Shown: positions 1 to 9,949 of the stretch, piece after piece
How the letters are laid out: the number at the start of each line of letters is the position of its first letter
Numbering within the stretch: position 1 is the first letter of the stretch
From: a virus
Taxonomy: Duplodnaviria > Caudoviricetes
Virus record (IMG/VR): IMGVR_UViG_2811994991_000003
Span: 4,601-68,600 of that record
DNA length: 64,000 bases
Strand: one strand, 5' to 3'
Program-made: the position numbers and the translations under genes
The notes under the pieces: generated by a model
Database searches by the model: none
What the model was told of the DNA's origin: nothing
What the model saw: only the letters and a program-made list of their open reading frames with translations

Positions 1-1195
1 TCTTGACACCAAGCTCTTTGATGGCGGTATATGCCTGGCCGGTCGGAGCCTGTAAACGACTGAGTACCGCGCGGCTCCCCGTCCCGGCCATCGAGCCGGT
101 GATTTTGGCATCATGCAGTGCGCCAATCATCGCCGCCGTTTGCTCGATACTCACCCCGGCATTTTTTGCCACCGGTGCCGCATAGGTCAGCGCATCGCTC
201 AGGCCGTCAAAGTCGGCGGCGGTCTTGTTCATCGTCATTGAGAGAACATCACCGATGTGCGCGACCTTATCGTTTGAAAGCTGGAAAGCCGATTTCATCC
301 CCATCAGCAAACCGGCGTTTTCCTCCATCGTGCGCTTGTTCGCCAGCGCCATGTTCAGCGTGACCGGCGTGGTCGCCTGGATGGCGGCCACATCGCCACC
401 GCCTTTGGCAATGATGATTTGCGCACCGGCAGCATCGTCAGCCGAGGCGGCAGTATTGTCGCCGAGCTGGCGCGCCTGTTTACGCAGGGCGGTCATTTCT
501 GCCGAGTCTTTGGCAACACCGAGAACCGCCTGAAGCTCGGAGTTTTTCTGCGCAAAATCAAACCCCGGCTTTAACAGCGCCGTACCGGCCAGCGTGGCGG
601 TTGTCGCAATCCCGACACCGGCAGCGCCGACCGCCGCCGATTGACCGGCTAGCGCTTTTCCCGCCTGATAGCGCTGCTTAACCGCGCTCAGTTTGGCCTG
701 TTGCGCACTGACGCGCGCCAGCGCCTCGCGCTGCCGGTTAAGTTGCGAGGTGGTTTCACCAATACTGGTTTTCAGGCGGCGCTCATCAGCGGCCAGCGTG
801 CGCGTGTTGATGCCCGCCTGGCTGAGTTCCTGCCGTGTACGCTGTACCGCTTCACGCAGACTGTTATGTTTGAGCTGGAGCGCGGCGGCATTTTTGCGCG
901 CGGCTTCCATTGCGGCGGCCTGTGCGCGGGTCGGGTTTTCGGTCTGTTTAAACGCCACAGCCAGCGCGGCGGCTTCCTGTTTCGCTTTTGCCAGCGACTG
1001 GCTGGTCACGGCAAGCTGTGCGCTGGTCTTGCGAAAACCCTCGATTCTGGATGCCTGGCTGTTGAGCTCACGTAATGTGGTTTGCGTCGCCCGGATATCG
1101 CCGGCCAGCGTTTTGCTGGCCTTTTCGATGGATTTTAACGGGCGGGTCGCCTGGTCAACAGCCCTGAGCAATACCTGTAATTTCACATCACTCAT
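1..1195 (-). CDS. T: Tail tape measure protein (gpT), 3' part outside window
   Basis: Starts ATG AGT GAT GTG AAA TTA CAG GTA TTG CTC AGG GCT GTT GAC (MSDVKLQVLLRAVD, P2 gpT-like); Ala-rich; follows E/E'. Confidence 0.92.
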   Translation of the reverse strand, partial: MSDVKLQVLLRAVDQATRPLKSIEKASKTLAGDIRATQTTLRELNSQASRIEGFRKTSAQLAVTSQSLAKAKQEAAALAVAFKQTENPTRAQAAAMEAARKNAAALQLKHNSLREAVQRTRQELSQAGINTRTLAADERRLKTSIGETTSQLNRQREALARVSAQQAKLSAVKQRYQAGKALAGQSAAVGAAGVGIATTATLAGTALLKPGFDFAQKNSELQAVLGVAKDSAEMTALRKQARQLGDNTAASADDAAGAQIIIAKGGGDVAAIQATTPVTLNMALANKRTMEENAGLLMGMKSAFQLSNDKVAHIGDVLSMTMNKTAADFDGLSDALTYAAPVAKNAGVSIEQTAAMIGALHDAKITGSMAGTGSRAVLSRLQAPTGQAYTAIKELGVK

Positions 1196-1307
1196 TGGTG
1201 TTTCCGCTTCGCTGGAGCGCTTTTTCGCGCCATGTAACGAGCTCGGTCAGGCTCAGGGGAAATAACTCGGATGGCGGCCAGTGAAAAATCACCGCAATAT
1301 CCGCCAT
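1188..1307 (-). CDS. E': gpE' extension (reached by -1 frameshift from gpE)
   Basis: MADIAVIFHWPPSEL motif; the -1 frame relative to gpE is open from the slippery site. Confidence 0.88.
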   Translation of the reverse strand: MADIAVIFHWPPSELFPLSLTELVTWREKALQRSGNTNE

Positions 1308-1339
1308 CAGGTCATCGACTGACAGGTCGGGCGGGAAGG

Positions 1340-1615
1340 TTACTGCGCCGAACCCGGCGACAAAAAACCAATCACCTTACCGGCCAGCGCCACAAGGTCA
1401 GGCAGCTCCAGCGCGGCGACTTCCTGCTCGGTCAGTGACGGCGCAGTCACGCGTGGCAGCACTTTAATCAGCGCGTCGACGTCCGAGTTTGCCACCGAGG
1501 CCAGGCTGACGCCGCGCAGCGTACCGGCGTTGGGTTTCATCAGCGTAATCTGGTCGATAACCTGCTCGCCGCGTTTGATAGGGTTTTCCAGGGTGATCAC
1601 ATTTTCGTTTTTCAT
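1340..1615 (-). CDS. E: Tail assembly chaperone gpE
   Basis: 91 aa, P2 gpE-like; position after tube gene. Confidence 0.92.
   Translation of the reverse strand: MKNENVITLENPIKRGEQVIDQITLMKPNAGTLRGVSLASVANSDVDALIKVLPRVTAPSLTEQEVAALELPDLVALAGKVIGFLSPGSAQ
1361..1367 (-). other. Programmed -1 frameshift site TTTTTTG (gpE/E')
   Basis: GGT TTT TTG near the end of gpE, as in P2. Confidence 0.85.
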
Positions 1616-1676
1616 GGTGTTCTCGTCTTAATCGGGAATGGGGTTAACCGGCCAGCCTCGCTGACCGGATGAAAAA

Positions 1677-2195
1677 TTACAGGCCGATATTGCGGCGATG
1701 CTGTTCGAGGCGGTCGGTGCCGTTCACTTTCTCAATCATGTTGAGCGTGTCGATTTCAACCAGCTCTTTACCGTCCATCGTCAGTTTGAAGTACGTGCAG
1801 ATAACCGAGATTTTTGACTCGCTGTCTTCACCCTGCTTACCTTCGCCGGTGTCGATCTCTTTCTGGCGGCCACGCATGACCACCTCGACGGCGACCGTTT
1901 CGCCGGTGTCGTCGCGCTGGTAGGAGCCCGCAAAACGAATTGGCACAGCATCGACGCCGGTTGCGCCGTACAGCTCCCAGATAGCGGAATCCGGGAAACC
2001 GCCGAGCGACCATTCCATCGACAGGGCATCATCATCGAGCCCCATATCGATGGGCGCGACGCCGTTCATCCCCGCGCCGCGATAGTTCTCCAGCTTGCGG
2101 GTCAGTTTCGGCAGGGTGATGGATTTGGCGATCCCCTGATAGCTGTAGCCATTCAGGAACACATTCATGTATTTGAGCTTGCGCGGCATTGCCAT
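1677..2195 (-). CDS. FII: Major tail tube protein
   Basis: 172 aa, MAMPRKLKYMNVF; P2 FII-like. Confidence 0.96.
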   Translation of the reverse strand: MAMPRKLKYMNVFLNGYSYQGIAKSITLPKLTRKLENYRGAGMNGVAPIDMGLDDDALSMEWSLGGFPDSAIWELYGATGVDAVPIRFAGSYQRDDTGETVAVEVVMRGRQKEIDTGEGKQGEDSESKISVICTYFKLTMDGKELVEIDTLNMIEKVNGTDRLEQHRRNIGL

Positions 2196-2208
2196 TTAGT
2201 CAGGCTCC

Positions 2209-3399
2209 TTATTTGCTGTTGACCGAGGAAACCAGCGTCGCCAGATATTTATCGGTGATGCGCTGGCGTAAGGTCAGGTTTTCCAGTGGGGGAACCGGCG
2301 TGTAGTCATAATCGATATACAGCTTTCCGGCTTTCAGGGTCTCTTTGTCGTTGGCCTCTTCGTCAAACCAGCAGGTCGCATCCACGATGTAACCGTTCGT
2401 TTTGAGTTCGCGGAATTTGGCGTTAATGCCGTCGACGATATCGCGGATAAGCGTCGCGGTGATGGGCTTGTCGACCGCCCACATGTGTGCGGCGGCCATC
2501 GTGTCGGCAATCACCTGCGCGGTGCGGGTGTAGTTCTCAAACAGGAAAAGCGGGTCATCCGAGCAGGTGCGGTTTCCCCAGAAACGAAAACCGTCCTTGC
2601 GAATCAGCGTCGTGACGCCCGCCTCGTTGAGCAAATCGGCATCGGTGCCCGGCTCCTGCAAATCCCAGAACACCGAGGCGCTGATGCCGGTCACGCCGTT
2701 GACGCCGACGTTAGACAGGGTTTTGTGCCAGCCGACAGACTGGTCGATGTAGGCGCGCAGACCGAGGGCGCGGGCGGTGGCGTACGCGGTGGCGGTCGCA
2801 TTTTTCACGGTGTCCCAGGCGAGGAAGTCAGGCCAGATCACCATCAATTCACGCTGGCTGAAATTGTCACGGTATCGGATGGCATCAGAGAGGGTTTTAC
2901 AGCCCCACGCGCTGACATAACCAAAGGCGCGCAGCTTCTGACAAACGGGCGCAAGCGCGGTCGCCACCTCCAGCGTGTCGAACCCCGGCACACCGAGAAT
3001 GCGCGGCTTCACGCCGGTGACGGCTTCGGCGGTCAGCAGTGCCTTAAGGCCGGTGTATTTGCCGTTCTCGTCCGTGGTGCCGATGATGTTGGAAATAGTC
3101 TGCGCGAGCGCCTCCTCTTCATCGTCGCCGGTGCCCTCGGCGACACGCACAACGACAATCACCGGTTTTGCCTGGTCAGCGATAGCCTGTAAGGACGCCG
3201 CCAGCGTGCCTTTTTTACCGGCCTTCGCAATGGCGCTTTGTACACTGGTAATCAGTACCGGCTCGTTAAGGGGAAAGGTCGCGGCATCGGCATCGCTGGC
3301 GGTGCATACCATGCCGACAATAGCGGTCGAGACGGTGGAAATGACGCGCGTGCCGTCGTTAATTTCGACGACCTGCACGCCATGATGATAATCACTCAT
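2209..3399 (-). CDS. FI: Tail sheath protein
   Basis: 396 aa, MSDYHHGVQVVEINDGTR; P2 FI-like. Confidence 0.97.
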   Translation of the reverse strand: MSDYHHGVQVVEINDGTRVISTVSTAIVGMVCTASDADAATFPLNEPVLITSVQSAIAKAGKKGTLAASLQAIADQAKPVIVVVRVAEGTGDDEEEALAQTISNIIGTTDENGKYTGLKALLTAEAVTGVKPRILGVPGFDTLEVATALAPVCQKLRAFGYVSAWGCKTLSDAIRYRDNFSQRELMVIWPDFLAWDTVKNATATAYATARALGLRAYIDQSVGWHKTLSNVGVNGVTGISASVFWDLQEPGTDADLLNEAGVTTLIRKDGFRFWGNRTCSDDPLFLFENYTRTAQVIADTMAAAHMWAVDKPITATLIRDIVDGINAKFRELKTNGYIVDATCWFDEEANDKETLKAGKLYIDYDYTPVPPLENLTLRQRITDKYLATLVSSVNSK

Positions 3400-3501
3400 C
3401 CGTTTAACTCCGTGGTGTTGGGGTGAGTGTTATTTTCCCAGGGTCTGACGCAACGAGCTATTTGTTGAGGTTGGGGCGGTTACGTGACAACTTTTCAGAC
3501 G

Positions 3502-3711
3502 TTATATTACCGGCTCTGATTTTTGCCAGGTCTCATTATCAACAACAGGAGCAATGAATTTATCATTCTCAATGCGCCCTCCGATGATGAAACCCTCACC
3601 GGCTTTCACCAGTGTAAATCCGTCTCCGGGGATGAACGGGGTTTCGCCATCCCACATCACCATATTCACGACATTACCTGTCGCATCCACCACTGCAAAT
3701 TTTGCTGTCAT
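3502..3711 (-). CDS. Small tail-fibre-associated protein (putative chaperone)
   Basis: 69 aa, 4-bp overlap with tail fibre stop; occupies the gpG position. Confidence 0.6.
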   Translation of the reverse strand: MTAKFAVVDATGNVVNMVMWDGETPFIPGDGFTLVKAGEGFIIGGRIENDKFIAPVVDNETWQKSEPVI

Positions 3712-5174
3712 GCGTATACCTCGAAGATAATAACCCCGTTAGCACCCTCTGCGCCGTTCTTCGTCGCGGAGCTGTTGCCGTTTGAAACACCGCCCGCGCC
3801 ACTGCCAAAACCTTTACCACCGGACTGCGTTGCCGATGCGCCAGAGCCGACACCGCCATTACCAAGCGGAGAGTTCGCACCATTGCCTGCAAGCGTCGGG
3901 GACTGAACAGAGATACCGAAATGACCAGGGGCACCGGCCATTTTCAGAATGATTCGGTCAGGTGACAGCCCCGGAACAGTAATGGTCGGTTCAGCACTTG
4001 ATGCACCACCGTTAGCCAGACCTGTTGTGGTGGAGGTTGTAATGATCCCGTAATCCGACCCTTTGCCACCGGGACAGACAATCAGATTACCAAATGAGGT
4101 TGTTCCGCCATCGCCCCCGGCACTGGCAACACCGCCAGTCCCGCCCGCACCAATCACAATATCAAGGTGCCCGCCAGCGGCAGCAGTCAGCCCTTCCAGC
4201 TCTGAACGGGTCAGCCACAATTCAACGTAGCTGCCTGATGCGCCGCCGCCGCTTGCTGAAAGGGTTGTTGAACTCGTCGCACGGGCAGCACCCGACCCGC
4301 CACCCGCGCCTTGCACTCGGATGCGAAACAGGTTACCGGTGGCGGGCAGGATGAACTGACCTGATGTAGTGATAACGGTTGGTGATGCCAGAAGCCGACC
4401 CGCTAATTTACTGGTATCTGTTAAGCCAAGATATTCGAGGATCGCAGCAACGCTTTTTCCTGACAGGTCGGTCAGCGTTTTATCAAGGGGCTGTTTAGTG
4501 GAAAGCTCACCGGAAATCAGCGCGTTAATCGCCGCCTGTACAAAAGCGGTTGTCGCCAGTTGCGTATCATTTGACGTTTGCGCCGCAGTTGGCGCTTTCG
4601 GTGTGCCGGTAAAAACAGGGCTGGCGACCGGCGCATACTGTTTGTGCGGGTTGGTGTCGGCGATATGCTGTTTCAGCAGATTGTCGGCATACGCTTTCAC
4701 CTCAATGACCGCGTTATCAACATATTGCCGCGTCGCCAGCACGACCGACGGGTCGATTTTCAGCGTGACGGCAGCGGTCGAGGAGACAATCAGCACCATG
4801 CGGATGGTCTGGGTGCGTCCGCTGCCCTCCTGCAACTGCGGCTTGTAGGTTTCCGGGCAGTTCGCCACGGCAATTAACACGCCGTTATCGTCATACAACC
4901 CGATTTCGCGTATCCAGAAACCGCCCTCGTTTTCGGGGATAACCTGCTCGGCAATAATCTGGCTTGAGTTGTTCGCGTCAACGCTCAGCATATTCAGCGG
5001 CGCAATGCGTCTCTGGTTAACCAGCTTCGTTTGCGTGGCGTCCGGCGTCGGCAGTGTGCCGTTGCCATCGCCGACGGCCATTTGCGTGATATTGAGCTTA
5101 GTTCCGAGCGCGGTGGCGTTTGCCAGCAGTGCCGCGCCCTGGTTGGTCAGAATGGCAAAGAATTTCGCGGTCAT
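3708..5174 (-). CDS. H: Tail fibre protein: P2 gpH-type N-terminus, glycine-rich C-terminal domain
   Basis: MTAKFFAILTNQGAA...ANCPETYKPQLQEGSGRTQTIRM; C-terminal GGGGxGG repeats ending GANGVIIFE. Confidence 0.9.
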   Translation of the reverse strand: MTAKFFAILTNQGAALLANATALGTKLNITQMAVGDGNGTLPTPDATQTKLVNQRRIAPLNMLSVDANNSSQIIAEQVIPENEGGFWIREIGLYDDNGVLIAVANCPETYKPQLQEGSGRTQTIRMVLIVSSTAAVTLKIDPSVVLATRQYVDNAVIEVKAYADNLLKQHIADTNPHKQYAPVASPVFTGTPKAPTAAQTSNDTQLATTAFVQAAINALISGELSTKQPLDKTLTDLSGKSVAAILEYLGLTDTSKLAGRLLASPTVITTSGQFILPATGNLFRIRVQGAGGGSGAARATSSTTLSASGGGASGSYVELWLTRSELEGLTAAAGGHLDIVIGAGGTGGVASAGGDGGTTSFGNLIVCPGGKGSDYGIITTSTTTGLANGGASSAEPTITVPGLSPDRIILKMAGAPGHFGISVQSPTLAGNGANSPLGNGGVGSGASATQSGGKGFGSGAGGVSNGNSSATKNGAEGANGVIIFEVYA

Positions 5175-5782
5175 GCGCTTACTCTCACGTTGTCGATAAA
5201 ATGAATGGCCGAGGCCGGGAAATACTCCCCGCCGCCGGTGATGTCCTCAGGTAAATAGGGGTAAACGACCAGCGCGTCTCCGGCATAGCTTCCCGCGTCG
5301 ACGTAACACTCGCCCGATGTGCTCAGGCTGATGGCAAGCCCGGTCAGGTGACGGCTGGCGGGTTTGGCGTCATTGATAAGCCGCTCCAGCTCCTGATACA
5401 TCTCGTCAGTGATACCGCCGTCGAGCACGCCCACCACCAGGCGAAACGTGCCGGGCTCCTCGTTAAGCTCCCACCACTCGCGCACCTCGATAAGAAAACC
5501 GAGCGGCTCCACCACGCGGCGCAGGGCGCTGATGGTGCCTTTGTGCTGATGGACGAAAAACGAGGCTGCTATCACCCGGCGTTTCGTGGCTTCCGGCCAG
5601 TCGGCATCCCACCGGTCGACAGACAGCGCCCAAGCCAGATAGGGCAGCAGGTCAGACGGGCAGGTCTGCGGGTTCCACAGGGTACGCAGCGGCACCGGGA
5701 CGCGGGCAATCTCAGCCGCTGCGGCTGCGGCGGCCACTTCCAGCGGCGACGAGCCGACGGGTAACAACCGGTCACTATTCAT
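5171..5782 (-). CDS. I: Baseplate/tail protein I
   Basis: LLPYLAWALSVDRWD, HQHKGT motifs. Confidence 0.95.
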   Translation of the reverse strand: MNSDRLLPVGSSPLEVAAAAAAAEIARVPVPLRTLWNPQTCPSDLLPYLAWALSVDRWDADWPEATKRRVIAASFFVHQHKGTISALRRVVEPLGFLIEVREWWELNEEPGTFRLVVGVLDGGITDEMYQELERLINDAKPASRHLTGLAISLSTSGECYVDAGSYAGDALVVYPYLPEDITGGGEYFPASAIHFIDNVRVSA

Positions 5783-6683
5783 CGTTACCCCCTGCGGTGA
5801 TGCTGTATCCGGTGCAGTAAGACGCCTGATGTTTGCCGAGCACGATGTCGTCTGGCGGCGCGCTCAGCTCCACACGCTGGACACCTTCAACATGCAGCGC
5901 GGCATAAATGGCTGACCGGCGCACGTCACGACCAAGCCGGTGCTGCGCGGTGATATAGGCTTTCAGTTTCTGCTCAGCCGTGGCGCGAATGGGCTCCGCT
6001 TCGGGGCCAGGGTAAAACCAGAGTGTGGCGGCCACTTCATACGGCACAATTTCCGCCGCCTGTACCGTCACGCGGTCGCCCACCGGGCGCACGTCCTCCG
6101 CGTTGAGCGCCTTTTCCACCACGGCCAGCAGGTCACTGGCGGCGGTGCCGTCACCCTCGAGGGCAAGCACGGTGATGGTCACACAGGCCGGTGTCGGGCT
6201 CTCGACAGAAATATCAGCGACACGCCCGTCGGCGCTGCGTCCGTGGTATTCATAGGCTCCGACCGGACCGGCCACGCTGAGCCCCTCAAACGCCTGCTGG
6301 GCGCGCAGGCGCAAATCGGCATCGGACTCCATCACCGCCGCCACCGGCGGGATGGTGGTATCGTCTGCCGGGGTGATGGTCAGCCGTGCGGTGTTGTTGT
6401 TCGCGGCCATCACATCAAGGTCGCTCCCCTCAGCACTTGCCAGCGTCACCGCGCGGGCGGCTTCGTTGACGCGCTGCCGCCAGATAACCTCCCGGTAGGC
6501 GTTTTCCTCCAGAAATTTGGTCAGCGGCTCGGACTCCAGCGCCAGTGTGCGGGCGACGGCGTCCTGTTGCTCCGCCGGAAACAGCGAAACCAGTGTCGCC
6601 TTGCGCTCAGCGAGAATGCTCTCGTAATCCAGCGCCTCAACCACATCCGGCGCGGGGAGCTGGCTTAAATCAACAATCGGCAT
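5775..6683 (-). CDS. J: Baseplate assembly protein J
   Basis: 302 aa, MPIVDLSQLPAPDVVE; SVAGPVGAYEYH. Confidence 0.96.
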   Translation of the reverse strand: MPIVDLSQLPAPDVVEALDYESILAERKATLVSLFPAEQQDAVARTLALESEPLTKFLEENAYREVIWRQRVNEAARAVTLASAEGSDLDVMAANNNTARLTITPADDTTIPPVAAVMESDADLRLRAQQAFEGLSVAGPVGAYEYHGRSADGRVADISVESPTPACVTITVLALEGDGTAASDLLAVVEKALNAEDVRPVGDRVTVQAAEIVPYEVAATLWFYPGPEAEPIRATAEQKLKAYITAQHRLGRDVRRSAIYAALHVEGVQRVELSAPPDDIVLGKHQASYCTGYSITAGGNDE

Positions 6684-6687
6684 GGTG

Positions 6688-7035
6688 TTAGCTCACAGGG
6701 ATGGTTAACGAAAGGGCGTCGCCGGTGCTGGCAATCTCGCCGGTCAGGCTGACCACCATGCGGCCATCAGACTGACGCTCCGTGGTCACCGCGCTTAAGG
6801 TGATGCGCGGCTCCCATTTCAGCACCGCGAAATAACAGGCGACCCTGATTTGCAGCTCCAGCGCCGGGGTCTGCGGCTGGTCAATCATGGAAGACAACAG
6901 CGAGCCGTAATCCCGGCGCATCACGCGCGAACCGACCGGCGTTCTCAGGATGTCACTCAGGCTTTGGCTGATATGTTCCGCGTCCGTGATTGTCCCGCCG
7001 TTGCTGCGGCTCAGACCGAAATAACTTGCTGTCAT
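6688..7035 (-). CDS. W: Baseplate wedge protein W (gp25-like)
   Basis: 115 aa from ATG at 7035; ILRTPVGSRVMRRDYGS. Confidence 0.93.
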   Translation of the reverse strand: MTASYFGLSRSNGGTITDAEHISQSLSDILRTPVGSRVMRRDYGSLLSSMIDQPQTPALELQIRVACYFAVLKWEPRITLSAVTTERQSDGRMVVSLTGEIASTGDALSLTIPVS

Positions 7036-7667
7036 AGTGGCGCTCCTGTCGTGCCGCCGCTGTCGCCGGGGTGTTTGTGGGTATGCAGCACTTTGCCGTT
7101 GGATGACAGCGCACCGCCGCTGTGCTCGATGTCGCCACGCATCGTGCCGCCTTTCTGCACTTCCAGCGAACCGGTGATGAGCTTGTTGGTACAAACCACC
7201 TCCGGCGTGTCGAGCGTGATGCGCGTAGACGCTTTGACCATCACAACCGGCACAGTGGCGGTGAGGGACTCGGATGCGGTGATGTCGGCAGTTTTAATAC
7301 CGCTGACGGTCAGGGCGCTGGTTTTAGGTTCATATTCGATAACCGCGCCATCGGGGAAAGCAATATGCCAGGCATCCGCCGAGGCCGACGGGGCGGGGTT
7401 TTCATCGGAAAAAAGACCGGGCAGTACAAACGCGGTATCGAGCTCGCCGCCGACGGCCAGGATTAACACCTGTTCACCAACGGAAGGAGCCCACCACGTA
7501 CGCGCACGACCGGCGCGCTGGGTCAGCCACTGGAGCCAGTCGGTAATAATGCCGCCGGTCTGCACACGGCAGCGACCGGCAGCGAGATCGGTTTCAACCA
7601 CGACGCCGGTGCGTACCATATTGCGCAGAGCGCGGGCAAGTTCGTTAATGTTTGCTGGTATGTTCAT
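7032..7667 (-). CDS. V: Baseplate spike protein V
   Basis: 211 aa; WAPSVGEQV and C-terminal HTHKH iron-binding motif. Confidence 0.96.
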   Translation of the reverse strand: MNIPANINELARALRNMVRTGVVVETDLAAGRCRVQTGGIITDWLQWLTQRAGRARTWWAPSVGEQVLILAVGGELDTAFVLPGLFSDENPAPSASADAWHIAFPDGAVIEYEPKTSALTVSGIKTADITASESLTATVPVVMVKASTRITLDTPEVVCTNKLITGSLEVQKGGTMRGDIEHSGGALSSNGKVLHTHKHPGDSGGTTGAPL

Positions 7668-7734
7668 ACAACAAGAATGCCGCCATGCAAAAACAGCGGC
7701 AATTAAGAGAGGTTATATAGCGCGTGGCACAACC

Positions 7735-8490
7735 TTATGATTCTCTATCGCTTTCCCAAACGTGTTTGATTATCTGCATACACTCTTCATGTGCTTGCTC
7801 ATGTTGCTCAAACTCTCTATTAAAGAAAAAGAAAAAAGCAATTTTCATCTGAGGCATCTGAATAAAAATGAACTCATTAACTTTATGAAAAAAAGAAAAG
7901 CTCTCATTTTTACTTTTAAAAATCATTAAGGAATTGTATTTTTTATCCTTCCACTTTGATGTTAGGTTTCTCCTGGATTTTCTTAGTATTCTGAAAACAT
8001 CATTCGGAGTCGTATCAATATCGCCCCAGAACATTGCAACTGGAATCTGCGCTAAATATGGCACATATTGTTTTCCCTTATACCTCAAAAAACGATTGCG
8101 AAGATCCATTACTTGCAGTTTGAAACCAAGATATTGCAACCACCAAATAATAAAATCACAATCATAACCACTTATATCCTCAGGCTCCTTACTCAGCAGC
8201 ATCCTCTTTAAACTATCTTCAAATGCTCCCAATAAATCAGAATTGCAACTTTTACAAGCAGGAATAGTGGCTTTAATGTAATTAGTGTATTGGTTGTTTT
8301 TGGTGCTAAGTAATTGTTTATCTGGCGCCGCTTCAAACGCCCATTGAGGAATAACATGTTCACGAGTTATTTCAGTGTCACTACCACACAAAAGACACAA
8401 GTCAGCCTGATGTTCTTTAATTATACGATCCATTACTTGTTTTTGTGATTTCTTTATTCTGGTTCGCAAGAGCCTAAATTTTCTCTCCAT
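7735..8490 (-). CDS. AT-rich accessory protein with HNH/zinc-finger nuclease motif
   Basis: CLLC...TREHVIPQW...CKSCN; much lower GC than flanks; between S and V. Confidence 0.7.
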   Translation of the reverse strand: MERKFRLLRTRIKKSQKQVMDRIIKEHQADLCLLCGSDTEITREHVIPQWAFEAAPDKQLLSTKNNQYTNYIKATIPACKSCNSDLLGAFEDSLKRMLLSKEPEDISGYDCDFIIWWLQYLGFKLQVMDLRNRFLRYKGKQYVPYLAQIPVAMFWGDIDTTPNDVFRILRKSRRNLTSKWKDKKYNSLMIFKSKNESFSFFHKVNEFIFIQMPQMKIAFFFFFNREFEQHEQAHEECMQIIKHVWESDRES

Positions 8491-8497
8491 CTTTTAT

Positions 8498-8959
8498 TCA
8501 TCCTGATTTCTGCTCAGACAGTCTTAGTAGTATCTCGTCTTTGATCATTTGTATAGATACTTTATCAAAACCTATTAATTGGCGGGCAGGATATTGTACT
8601 TCTGCACTGTTCCGGCCTGGCTTATCCTTTAGGCCTAATTGGTGAACTCTGGCAATGCGCTGTACCTTCCCGGTAAACTCCACCACTGCCGCACTGTCAT
8701 TACCGCTGGCTTTCATATAGTGGTTAGTGCGCAGCTTCGCGAACATCTCCCGCTTAATCCGGCCTTTCTTTGCACGCAGTGGCTGTCGTTTACGCGGGGT
8801 ATACGCCGTCCCGTCAGGGGCTTTTTGCGATTTAATCCGCTGTTGCTGGCGCTGGCGTAGCTTCTTCGCAATATCGACAGTCAGACGGCGACGGCCAGCG
8901 GGCGAAAGGGCAGCAAGCAGCCCCGCGAGCTTATCGTCGAAGGGCTTAAACTCATCCAT
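8498..8959 (-). CDS. S: Tail completion protein S
   Basis: QKAPDGTAYTPRK...IARVHQLG...YPARQLIG. Confidence 0.94.
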   Translation of the reverse strand: MDEFKPFDDKLAGLLAALSPAGRRRLTVDIAKKLRQRQQQRIKSQKAPDGTAYTPRKRQPLRAKKGRIKREMFAKLRTNHYMKASGNDSAAVVEFTGKVQRIARVHQLGLKDKPGRNSAEVQYPARQLIGFDKVSIQMIKDEILLRLSEQKSG

Positions 8960-9419
8960 TCCACTGACTCACCAGCTCGCCATTAATATAAAACTTATCC
9001 GGGCGCGTCACCGGCCCCGGCGGTGGCGGTTCCGGGATGCATCGCACATGCAGCGCTGCGCCGACTTCCTCTACGAGCGTTCGCTCGGTCAGTAACAGAC
9101 TGATACTGATATCGAAACTGCTGTCGTTATTGATATCGGCCTCGAAGACAAAGCCTTTTTTCCGCCCGGTGTCGGTGCTGAGAATATCGGGCTGATGCTC
9201 ACGCAGCCAGGCCAGCACCGGCACGAGGATCAAATCAAAATCGCCGGTAAAATCGGTCACCACCACATTCAGCGTGTACTGTTTTTCAAACGACAGCGAG
9301 GTCGCCAGCGTGGCGGCAATATTGCCGCTGTCCACATACAGGCGCAGCATGTCGGGGTTTGTCGCCAGCACCGGCGCGGCATTAATCAGGGTTTTTCGCA
9401 GACTGTCGGGTTTGAGCAT
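8952..9419 (-). CDS. R: Tail completion protein R
   Basis: 155 aa from MLKPDSLRK. Confidence 0.92.
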   Translation of the reverse strand: MLKPDSLRKTLINAAPVLATNPDMLRLYVDSGNIAATLATSLSFEKQYTLNVVVTDFTGDFDLILVPVLAWLREHQPDILSTDTGRKKGFVFEADINNDSSFDISISLLLTERTLVEEVGAALHVRCIPEPPPPGPVTRPDKFYINGELVSQWNG

Positions 9420-9672
9420 CGATATCATCCTGGCATTGTTTGACGGTTTCGACCTGAAGCGCGCAGCTTTCCAGCGCCCGCTCAAGGTTGCGGATATCCG
9501 CACTTAAATCGCCGTTGGTATGTGGATCACTTCCCGGCATCGGGCAAAGGCTCACTTTCGGGCAGCCGTTGTAAACAGTCACCGGCACTGGCGCAGGCGG
9601 CGCGCTTGTGCAACCGGCGCACAGCATCAGGCAAATCAGCGCTGTACCAGCGGCGAAAGGCTTCGTTTTCAT
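9382..9672 (-). CDS. lysC: o-spanin LysC (Rz1-like lipoprotein)
   Basis: Lipobox LCAGC, Pro-rich; overlaps lysB in another frame. Confidence 0.85.
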   Translation of the reverse strand: MKTKPFAAGTALICLMLCAGCTSAPPAPVPVTVYNGCPKVSLCPMPGSDPHTNGDLSADIRNLERALESCALQVETVKQCQDDIDAQTRQSAKNPD

Positions 9673-9949
9673 TGAGCAACCTCGTTATGGTCTGTTCCCG
9701 CCGGGCTTCCCGCTCACCGGCGGCATTCAGCTTCTGGCGTAAATCCACCTGCGCCCGTTCGTTTTTATCCGCCCGGTCACTGGCAACAATGAGCTGGTTT
9801 TTCAGCATGCCAATCGTCGTTTTCTGCTCGCTGGCAACGCGGTTTGCCTTTTCCAGCGAGCGGGTCAGATTGCCGTTTTCATGGCGCAGCCACATCACCC
9901 CGGCAAGCGCCAGCACGACGGCGATTAACATCATCATGAGTTTTGACAC
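9527..9949 (-). CDS. lysB: i-spanin LysB (Rz-like)
   Basis: N-terminal TM helix followed by coiled coil; WYSADLPDAVRRL. Confidence 0.88.
   Translation of the reverse strand: MSKLMMMLIAVVLALAGVMWLRHENGNLTRSLEKANRVASEQKTTIGMLKNQLIVASDRADKNERAQVDLRQKLNAAGEREARREQTITRLLNENEAFRRWYSADLPDAVRRLHKRAACASAGDCLQRLPESEPLPDAGK

Noticed and set aside
1188-1615. Apparent split gene E
   Set aside because: Explained by the well-known programmed -1 frameshift; not a pseudogene
3420-5174. Invertible tail-fibre cassette or DGR target
   Set aside because: No invertase, inverted crossover sites, template repeat or reverse transcriptase seen
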